A stretch of DNA of 64,000 bases from a virus: IMG/VR virus record IMGVR_UViG_3300006947_000007, positions 1 through 64,000 of that record. The stretch is one strand, 5' to 3'. Positions 56,768 through 64,000 of the stretch are shown piece by piece. The notes beneath the pieces were generated by a model, which had not been told where the DNA came from, made no database searches, and saw only the letters and a program-made list of their open reading frames with translations. Position 1 is the stretch's first letter. The number at the start of each line of letters is the position of its first letter. Position numbers and translations under genes: made by a program.

Positions 56768-57540
56768 AGTGTCCTCATAAACGATATCCTCACGCCACCT
56801 TTCATAATAAAATTACCTGCGGTAGATTCGTGTACTTGCGCGGTGTCGAATACAAGTAACGACCCCGGTGACCATTTAAAATCCCTTTCAATTGTTAGTC
56901 CTTTATGGTATTCTTTATCAGTTATTCCTATCCTGGCCATCTCTTTTTGTTTCATTTTCTCATCACCAATAACAGTAGGTCTGCGATTAACATCGTACAC
57001 ATCCTTAATAGCAGTATAATCTGTTGAGGAGTCGTAGTGCGAAGTAGGCACAGTTGAGCCGTGATCTAATGTTGTGCCTACATCTGCTATACGTTGATCA
57101 TAGAATACTATACGGCAGTTGCTAGTGTCTGGTTGTAAGTATAGTGGGATTAATACACTCTTGTAGGGTGTATTTTGATGTTCCCAAGCACCGCGTTCTG
57201 GCATGTCAGTATGTATACCGTATTGGTGCGGTGTGTGAAAGAAATTACCCTGTACGCTAGTAACAATGTCAAAATCAATATACTGTGATAACTTTTCTTT
57301 TAGGATATTAACTAATTCGTCAAAGTTCCCTGCTGTCATTAGCAATCCACTAGTGTTTCCTAGCATCCACTCATCTGTTTTATTGTACATAAAATCTGTT
57401 AGTGTTTCTAATTCATCTTCTGAAAACATATCTTCATGACATTCGGCTACAGAGAAGTATTTTGTTAATTCATCGGGATATTCGGAACGCCACTTATGAT
57501 CAGCGTGTGCTTTAAGTTCGGTATTATGTCCTATAGTCAT
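56764..57540 (-). CDS. 2OG-Fe(II) oxygenase-like protein
   Basis: IHTD, LIPL, W.PGSLLVFD..QVH. Confidence 0.72.
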   Translation of the reverse strand: MTIGHNTELKAHADHKWRSEYPDELTKYFSVAECHEDMFSEDELETLTDFMYNKTDEWMLGNTSGLLMTAGNFDELVNILKEKLSQYIDFDIVTSVQGNFFHTPHQYGIHTDMPERGAWEHQNTPYKSVLIPLYLQPDTSNCRIVFYDQRIADVGTTLDHGSTVPTSHYDSSTDYTAIKDVYDVNRRPTVIGDEKMKQKEMARIGITDKEYHKGLTIERDFKWSPGSLLVFDTAQVHESTAGNFIMKGGVRISFMRTL

Positions 57541-58583
57541 ACTGCTACCCAGGCCTCTTCTTGCTCTATGTGGTTATTCATTGTCCATGCATTGCCCTTA
57601 CATACATTCCAGCATACTTTATATTCACAACCACTTTTCTTTTCCCATTCCTCCTTAAACTGTTCAAATACACCATGTTGTAATATAAACTGTAGTGTAT
57701 TCTTTTCTGCTAAGTTAAATCCTTTATTATAATGATTAAACAAATAAGGATTATCTGTTTTAAATTGTTCTGGATAACCGATGTGGCTTTTACAATAACG
57801 TTGACTAGTATAACAGCAAGGCCATATTCGTCCTTCACCGTTTAAATAAATTCTACTTAATTCTAAGGATTTACAACCTATGGCTTGATCGTTTGTCACT
57901 ACATCAACTGTGTTTGCTCGTATATCTTCTGCTTGTGCAGTTGTATATTTAACTCCATTAGCACCCGGATGCGAGTTTAATGATTTGTATAATGCAGGTG
58001 GTGGTCTCATGCTCATTCTAGAATCAAATCTAGCAAACCTATAAGACTTTGCTAATTGACTAGCTTCTGTTGTTTGGTGTTTGTTATGCTCAAATATTAG
58101 CCATTTCCATGTTGCCTTGCCGCCTGCTTCAATAAACGTTGTAAAGTTTTGTTTAAGTTTTGTCCAATCTACATTAACTCTGTATATGTGATTAGTATCT
58201 TCTAGTCCGTCTATGCTAAATGTACAGTCAACTCTAGGTATCTTTGCGAGTTTTTGCCAAAACTCATTGCTTCTAAGTCCACCATTAGTATCTATAAACA
58301 CTTTACTAACACCCAAGTCCACCCATGTCTGAATACCTTCTAGTATCCTAGGGTTCATTAACGGATCGCCTAGATTACCGCATAGGTGTATTTCTAATTC
58401 GTTTATATTAGGTATTTGTTTAATTACTTTTGTTACTATGTCAACATCTAGATGTTCTTCAATTAAATTGGGTAATTTATCACTGGTTCCCCAATAATGT
58501 CTACTACAGCCAGGGCATGCCGCATTACAGTATGTAGATAATTCTACTTCTAATTGTTTTATTTTATCTAGTTCAATAAACAT
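57537..58583 (-). CDS. Radical SAM/SPASM protein (paralog of 26984-28279)
   Basis: CNAACPGC, GNLGDP, TNGG, FSIDG..DTNH.YR, FEHNKHQ, WPCC, CWNVC. Confidence 0.9.
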   Translation of the reverse strand: MFIELDKIKQLEVELSTYCNAACPGCSRHYWGTSDKLPNLIEEHLDVDIVTKVIKQIPNINELEIHLCGNLGDPLMNPRILEGIQTWVDLGVSKVFIDTNGGLRSNEFWQKLAKIPRVDCTFSIDGLEDTNHIYRVNVDWTKLKQNFTTFIEAGGKATWKWLIFEHNKHQTTEASQLAKSYRFARFDSRMSMRPPPALYKSLNSHPGANGVKYTTAQAEDIRANTVDVVTNDQAIGCKSLELSRIYLNGEGRIWPCCYTSQRYCKSHIGYPEQFKTDNPYLFNHYNKGFNLAEKNTLQFILQHGVFEQFKEEWEKKSGCEYKVCWNVCKGNAWTMNNHIEQEEAWVAV

Positions 58584-58584
58584 G

Positions 58585-58785
58585 TCATTCTTTGCCCCAT
58601 TCTATTTTATCCCATACTCGTTCATGAATATAATACAAAATAGCCATACCAAATAAAGAAACAACAAACCAACCAGTCTGTTCCCAATTACCTGTTATAA
58701 TATAACTTACTATTGTTAAAAGAACTATAACAATAATTCTCCATGATATTGTTTTAACAATAGATCTTTTTTTAGTGTCCATCAA
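58585..58785 (-). CDS. DUF2061-family small membrane protein
   Basis: RSIVKTISWR..YYIHERVW..I.WG. Confidence 0.8.
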   Translation of the reverse strand: MMDTKKRSIVKTISWRIIVIVLLTIVSYIITGNWEQTGWFVVSLFGMAILYYIHERVWDKIEWGKE

Positions 58786-60085
58786 ACAGTTCCTTATACT
58801 GCGGTGTAACCATTAATATGTTTTGTTTTCTTTCTTGGTCTAAGTACTTTGTAAACTTAATAAATTCAGGCATTTTATCTGAATAGTCTTCAGCGTCCAT
58901 ATAGTTTGTTACACTATCTAATATTTTATTAAACTTTTGTTTAACATTGTCATCTATTGTTGTATCTTTATCTAATTTATCTTTATAATAATTGTAATGT
59001 TCGTGGACATCTTGTTTTAATTCTTTATTTAATAATCTAATATTAGCACGTTTAGGACCGTGAGCTACGTGATGTGTTATAACAGGCTTACTGCTACTTG
59101 AATTAATCTTTTTATATCCTGATTCTTTTAATTTCCACATCATAAATTCAGGTAAATGAAATATATTATATGCTGTAACAGTAAAGGCAATCCAGGCAAC
59201 AACATTCTTAGGTAAATTATCTAACTTTTCTAAGTTTGCTTTTGCCTGTCGCCATTTAACTGGCCAACGTTGGTATTCTATCATCGGCCCCATTCCATCT
59301 ATACTAGCACCGACTCTTATTTGTTTAAATTCTTCCCACATTTTTAATACTCTAGGTGGAAGTGATGTCATATTCGTATTATATTCAATCATTATATTTT
59401 TAGCACACCCCGAATCAATACATCTCTGTAAGAATTCATAATGACGTTCGATCATCATCGGTTCGCCGCCTGCCATATAAACATGTTCAATATAAGGAAT
59501 ATTCTTTTCCATTTGTTCCCAAAATGTTTCTGAATTATGCCAATCATAGTCAGTTGTTTCTAACCTTCCTTTAGCATTACGTTTAAGTTCCACGGTTCCG
59601 TGTGTATCTTCGTACGTTGTTCCTCCGTGGTACCCTAGCCATTGTTCGTACCATGTGTGACTATCAGTTGGGCCACACATCCTACAGGCTAGATTACATA
59701 AGTTTCCGAAACGTAAATCGTAATACTGGTTGCGAACTGTGATGCTACCGTCAGGTGCTGTATCACGAACAGCGGACTCGTAATCATATTCCCAATGCTC
59801 TAATTCGTACAACCTTCGGCTTTGTAATCCTGCTTCTTCTTCAGATTTACAGCGACCGCACTCCTCACTCCAACGACCTGCTAACATATTTTTACGAACT
59901 ATCTTCATTAGGTCAGCGTTCTTGGCATCATCAAAGTTATCACGGCCAGCATTAAAACTGGTACCGTCTGGGTGTCTTACTACGCCCTGATTCTTAGTCA
60001 CATTGGCTTGACAACATATTCTAATGTCTCCATTGTTTCTAACTGCTTGGAAGTTCCAAGGTATCGGGCAAAATGTTTTACTCAT
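58772..60085 (-). CDS. Twitch-domain radical SAM protein
   Basis: FCPIPW, RICC, CGRC; DLRFGNLCNLACRMC, AGGEP, YNTN, SIDG. Confidence 0.92.
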   Translation of the reverse strand: MSKTFCPIPWNFQAVRNNGDIRICCQANVTKNQGVVRHPDGTSFNAGRDNFDDAKNADLMKIVRKNMLAGRWSEECGRCKSEEEAGLQSRRLYELEHWEYDYESAVRDTAPDGSITVRNQYYDLRFGNLCNLACRMCGPTDSHTWYEQWLGYHGGTTYEDTHGTVELKRNAKGRLETTDYDWHNSETFWEQMEKNIPYIEHVYMAGGEPMMIERHYEFLQRCIDSGCAKNIMIEYNTNMTSLPPRVLKMWEEFKQIRVGASIDGMGPMIEYQRWPVKWRQAKANLEKLDNLPKNVVAWIAFTVTAYNIFHLPEFMMWKLKESGYKKINSSSSKPVITHHVAHGPKRANIRLLNKELKQDVHEHYNYYKDKLDKDTTIDDNVKQKFNKILDSVTNYMDAEDYSDKMPEFIKFTKYLDQERKQNILMVTPQYKELFDGH

Positions 60086-60764
60086 GTTTAAGATTTCCTA
60101 GTTCTAATATTTCCCAATTTTTCCTATGATATTTTGCTATCAATGTAGTAATATCTCCTATAGTCACCGGGCTTTCTACTTTAAATGTATCCTCAGTACG
60201 CTCTACTATCTCAGTTATCAAACGAGGATCCAATTCATGAAATAAACTAGTGTAGTCATAAGTGTAATCAGCTTTATAGTGATTCATGTTCTCAGTTTCC
60301 CAAGAATGAATGAGAGTTTGTTCAGCTTCGTGTACACTTCTATTAAATTCGTCTTTCTTTTTATAGTTTGCTAGATTATTTAATTCTATTCTTTGATCAA
60401 CATTATCTAAAATACATACAACACCGTAATGCGGTATGCCTGGAAGACTAGCGTCTAATATGAATGTTCCTTTGTAAGACACATTTAATCTATCTATGAT
60501 TTCTTTCCGAGCTCGATGTTTCTCATACCTATTTCCTAAGTATTTACGCCAAATGCTTTGGCACTCAAGTAATTCTTTATTCCAGTCAGTTCTATCATAC
60601 CAATTAGGATTAAAATGGAATGGCAAGTATATACCGTCAAACAAATTATTAGTATCTATTTGTTTTTCGATGTTTTTTACAGTTTCTTTCCCTTTAATTA
60701 CTGTTTGTAATGCTCCGAGAAAGTTCTTCCCCGCACCGTGTTGTATTATGCTAAATTCTCTCAT
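60078..60764 (-). CDS. Paralog family A protein
   Basis: GAGKNFL..LQ; YHRKNWEIL. Confidence 0.5.
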   Translation of the reverse strand: MREFSIIQHGAGKNFLGALQTVIKGKETVKNIEKQIDTNNLFDGIYLPFHFNPNWYDRTDWNKELLECQSIWRKYLGNRYEKHRARKEIIDRLNVSYKGTFILDASLPGIPHYGVVCILDNVDQRIELNNLANYKKKDEFNRSVHEAEQTLIHSWETENMNHYKADYTYDYTSLFHELDPRLITEIVERTEDTFKVESPVTIGDITTLIAKYHRKNWEILELGNLKHE

Positions 60765-60803
60765 TTTATTATACTTCTATATCTATTATTGTTCCTTGAA
60801 GGG

Positions 60804-61664
60804 TCATCTATAACTCTCCAAATTTATATCTGTTATCATACAGTTTTGATCTATTGTCATTAAGTCCGATAAACCATCAATTTCATATTTCTTATGTATT
60901 TTTGTTGCTAGTTCATATAGTTGGTCATAATTAGAAACAATATCTTTTTTATCAGGTGCTTTTGAGTTGTTATCTTTTAATTGATCATAATGTTGTCCGG
61001 TATGGACTATTACTTCGTCAACCTCTGGTAATTCCTCAGTTAAAGTATCGCATATAGATAAAGAGCCAAATATTTCTTTCGGTGTCCGTCCTACTATGTC
61101 ATCCTCATAAAACAGCAAATCTTGAGCCTTTATATTGTGTGGGTTATTTGCTAAAGTCATATAATTACCTTCTATAACACTCTTACATACTAATTCAAAA
61201 AACTCTGGATCTATATGTATTTTGCTAGTATCATTATACGGCGGCAGCCATTCTAGTTTATGTCTAGCAATTGTGGCGCTCAGTACAGTACTCCATATAT
61301 CACGTCTAGTTAAAACAATATTATGTTGAGCTAAATTCATCGTTACTTTTTTCAAATCATCCATATCTTTGAAGATTTCGTCTTCCATTTCACCCGGGTG
61401 TGTTTTCCAGACAGCGGCATTAGTTTTGCCATTTACAAGTGCTTCCATTTTATTGCAGACTGCCTGCCTAATTTGTTCTGGTGTGTCTAAACCCATCAAC
61501 TCATCATTATTAAAAGAAAATGGTGACCCAGTCCACATGGGGTTATCAGCACATTTAGGACAAGCGTCCATATATAACATAATTATATCATGTAAGTAAT
61601 TGCTACCCGATCTAGGTGTAGCATAAATTTGAACCTTTTTTGGTTTTGTTTGTGCCCATTTCAT
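60804..61664 (-). CDS. Sulfotransferase-family protein (Stf0-like)
   Basis: TPRSGSNYL (5'-PSB loop), KTH, LTRRD..S..LS...A (3'-PB), YED. Confidence 0.75.
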   Translation of the reverse strand: MKWAQTKPKKVQIYATPRSGSNYLHDIIMLYMDACPKCADNPMWTGSPFSFNNDELMGLDTPEQIRQAVCNKMEALVNGKTNAAVWKTHPGEMEDEIFKDMDDLKKVTMNLAQHNIVLTRRDIWSTVLSATIARHKLEWLPPYNDTSKIHIDPEFFELVCKSVIEGNYMTLANNPHNIKAQDLLFYEDDIVGRTPKEIFGSLSICDTLTEELPEVDEVIVHTGQHYDQLKDNNSKAPDKKDIVSNYDQLYELATKIHKKYEIDGLSDLMTIDQNCMITDINLESYR

Positions 61665-62392
61665 GTTAGTATTTCCGTTAATTTAGGTATTATAGCCTCG
61701 GCAAACTTTTTATGACTCTTTGCTCCGGGGTGTTTATCTTTGTAATCATCATTAGCATACGTTGGACTATTTCGTTGTATACCTACGCCAGGTATAAAGA
61801 ACTGCTTATGGCATAGGTGTTGAGCATAATTAAATGCAGAAACATCGTAATGATCTTTACATAGTAGTTCATCGCTTTCAACATAAGCATAAGGAATCTT
61901 TAAATTACCTAGATATTGTTCTGCGATACCTACTTCTTTATATAAATTAATTAATTGTTGTGCTTTATTAATATATAATTTATTGTGGGCGTTAATTAAT
62001 GATTTATCTATTCCATTAGTAGTACTTGCCCATGTACTGTTAGAGAAGTTAGGTTGTTTATCTTCACTCCAGTTTAAATGTATAACACCGTCGTCAGCAA
62101 TATAACTTACGTTTTCTTTATTACTAACCACGTCAGTAAAATATTCATTTCTATTAGCATTTGGCCATTGTATAAACACAAAGTCAGGATAGCCGTGTAC
62201 GGGGTTATCTAAGTATTGTAATAATATTCTATTAACCGTGCTAGGACTTGCTCCTGGTATTGCTAAATTAATTAATTTATTAAATCCTAATTGTTCTTTT
62301 AATTGTATAGTATAACTATTATATCTTATGCCATACTGTATGTGATGACCTAAATGACTATAGCTACAGCCTAGTACTAATAAATTACTCAT
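61661..62392 (-). CDS. SGNH-hydrolase-like protein
   Basis: LVLGCSYS, INLAIPGAS, IQWP...R, D.HPG..SH..FA. Confidence 0.7.
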   Translation of the reverse strand: MSNLLVLGCSYSHLGHHIQYGIRYNSYTIQLKEQLGFNKLINLAIPGASPSTVNRILLQYLDNPVHGYPDFVFIQWPNANRNEYFTDVVSNKENVSYIADDGVIHLNWSEDKQPNFSNSTWASTTNGIDKSLINAHNKLYINKAQQLINLYKEVGIAEQYLGNLKIPYAYVESDELLCKDHYDVSAFNYAQHLCHKQFFIPGVGIQRNSPTYANDDYKDKHPGAKSHKKFAEAIIPKLTEILT

Positions 62393-63650
62393 TTAAAAAT
62401 TCCTTTAATTTAGGAAATACCGTTTCCCAATTCTCTTGTCTTACTACATCTACTACTCGCTCGTGTTTATTAAAGTTCGCTAGTGCTGACGTTGTGATTA
62501 AAGAATCCATTATATGAGCAAGGTCTAACGTTTGTAAACTATTCTTTAATTCTGTTAAAGAATGCCATACTTGATTTTGCCACTTGCTACTTACTCCTTC
62601 ATCAGCAAAATTAAATGAGTTAAAATCCTCATCAATCAATTCTAATAACCTAGTCTTCTGCTTATTATTTAAGCAATATACACTTAGGTGTGACGGTTCG
62701 CTTAATCGTGCTGTATTAAGAAAGAATGACTCTTTATCATTTAATATGCTTTTATCTATATACATAGTACACCAATCTATAAACTCTCTATAGTATAACA
62801 CATTATAGAGGCTTTGTGTGTGCGATACGCCAATATATATGTTTTTATTTTCGTTATGTAGTTTACAGTACCAAGCAACAGCTTCTTCTACCTTACTCCA
62901 ATTACTCTTCTTACGCATAAACTCGCCACGTTTGCCTATGCCATCTAAGGACATATTAAGGAATACTGTATTAAACTTATTAAAGTTTTTAATATATTTG
63001 TTTTTAGGAATGAATGTAGCATTAGTAAAGATGTCTAATGTAATGTTCTTAGCAAAACCCCAATCAACTAAGCGTTGTAGGAACTCTGCTAGGTATTCAC
63101 TAAGGAATGGTTCACCACCTGTTACTTTAACTTCATTTAAGTATTTACAGTCGTCCTTAGATAAGTTAAGCATTGTGTCTATTGTCTTAGGTATTGCCTT
63201 ATCCTGTTCCCAGGCTTCATTGTTACCATAAAACCATTTAACCAAATGATCCGATGCTTCTAAGTCTTCATCCCAACTTGTACTTAATACTGGGTCACAT
63301 ATACGACATTTAAGGTTACAGTAGCGTCCTGTTGTTATTTCTAAGTAAGTCAACACTCCTTTTATCTCTGGAGAGTTCGGCTTAACACTACGATTAAACT
63401 TATCATATGGTAATAGACTGCTTGTTCGCATACTAGTATTACTAGAGTCTTCTTCTACTTTACAGCGTAAACAACCATTATCCCATATACCATTAGCCAT
63501 GTTATCTCTAGGCGTACTATATAACTCTTTGAATTCAATAGGATTATCTACGTATTCACTATTGCCTGTGTAACGACAACAAGGCTTAACACTACCGTTA
63601 GGTTCTATCATCATTCCATGCTCTAAATACTTACATACTATCGCGGTCAT
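62385..63650 (-). CDS. Twitch-domain radical SAM protein
   Basis: KPCC, CLRC; CNLKCRIC, TGGEPF, FTN, SLDG. Confidence 0.92.
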   Translation of the reverse strand: MTAIVCKYLEHGMMIEPNGSVKPCCRYTGNSEYVDNPIEFKELYSTPRDNMANGIWDNGCLRCKVEEDSSNTSMRTSSLLPYDKFNRSVKPNSPEIKGVLTYLEITTGRYCNLKCRICDPVLSTSWDEDLEASDHLVKWFYGNNEAWEQDKAIPKTIDTMLNLSKDDCKYLNEVKVTGGEPFLSEYLAEFLQRLVDWGFAKNITLDIFTNATFIPKNKYIKNFNKFNTVFLNMSLDGIGKRGEFMRKKSNWSKVEEAVAWYCKLHNENKNIYIGVSHTQSLYNVLYYREFIDWCTMYIDKSILNDKESFFLNTARLSEPSHLSVYCLNNKQKTRLLELIDEDFNSFNFADEGVSSKWQNQVWHSLTELKNSLQTLDLAHIMDSLITTSALANFNKHERVVDVVRQENWETVFPKLKEFLNE

Positions 63651-64000
63651 GCTATTAATTCCTTATTAACTTGTGTATATGTCTTAATCATTTCGCATAT
63701 AGTCTCTAGTTTATCGTTATTAAATTCTTTAATATCTATTGTACTTGTTAAAAACTTCTTTATTTCATCTTTATCTATATCAATAAAGATCTTTTTATAG
63801 TCAATATTAGTTAAAGGACTTGCTAATTGTATATTTTTATAAACATCTTCTGCTTTATCTTTTATTTTATTCTTGTTTCTTTCCATCCATAATGGAGATT
63901 TAGCACTTTTTAATTGAGAAGCATACTTAATTGTATCTAAATCGCCTGTAACTGCTAGTGTATGCTCTACATATTTGAACATTAATCGCAAGTCTATAGC
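63647..64000 (-). CDS. Paralog family A protein, 5'-truncated by window edge
   Basis: ICEMIKTYTQVNKELI nearly identical to C-terminus of 52396-53082. Confidence 0.55.
   Translation of the reverse strand, partial: AIDLRLMFKYVEHTLAVTGDLDTIKYASQLKSAKSPLWMERNKNKIKDKAEDVYKNIQLASPLTNIDYKKIFIDIDKDEIKKFLTSTIDIKEFNNDKLETICEMIKTYTQVNKELIA

Noticed and set aside
1-64000. Cellular (bacterial) chromosome, given iscS, clpA, dnaJ, fdh, def
   Set aside because: These genes are interleaved with endolysin/spanins, tail-like genes, a gp44-like clamp loader and T4-type late boxes, and lack their normal bacterial operon context
1-64000. CRISPR array, IS element, integrase or rRNA
   Set aside because: No regularly spaced repeats, transposase/integrase motifs or rRNA-like sequence seen
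1-64000. Stop-codon reassignment
   Set aside because: Standard code gives full-length, tightly packed genes; TAA, TAG and TGA all end genes; no suppressor tRNA present

Overview
An AT-rich (roughly one-third GC by eye), densely packed, almost entirely minus-strand segment of a large (jumbo-type, T4-like myovirus) bacteriophage genome. The host is probably a marine Gammaproteobacterium; this is inferred from the host-like IscS/ErpA/formate dehydrogenase genes and the sigma70/IHF signals. All annotations are from motif recognition, with no database searches run. From left to right the window holds: putative internal head proteins, including a HAD-phosphatase::CCA-adding-enzyme fusion and a HIGH-motif nucleotidyltransferase; ErpA, ClpA, peptide deformylase, IscS and DnaJ; a lysis cassette (GH19 endolysin, spanin-like pair); PhoH; a plus-strand six-gene membrane operon (ClpP-fold exported protein, SbmA/BacA, MotA/ExbB-like pair, membrane protein, ClpP); tRNA-Glu; clamp loader, GroES, FkbM methyltransferase, an intact NAD-dependent formate dehydrogenase, a DnaE fragment and MazG; tail/baseplate genes; IscA and ferredoxin; a tRNA-Trp nested in-frame inside a protein gene; DNA ligase; and a >12 kb island of radical SAM, sulfotransferase-fold, SGNH and 2OG-Fe(II) enzymes. 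Seven radical SAM genes occur in the window. Two promoter classes are readable: sigma70-type TTGAC(A/T)-N16-18-TATAAT and T4-late-like TAA(A/G)TA. The best candidates for undescribed systems are the radical SAM/sulfotransferase island with its own Fe-S supply, the SbmA-MotA/ExbB-ClpP operon, the nested tRNA-Trp, a possibly virion-packaged tRNA 3'-end repair enzyme, and a shared structured RNA motif in two leaders.
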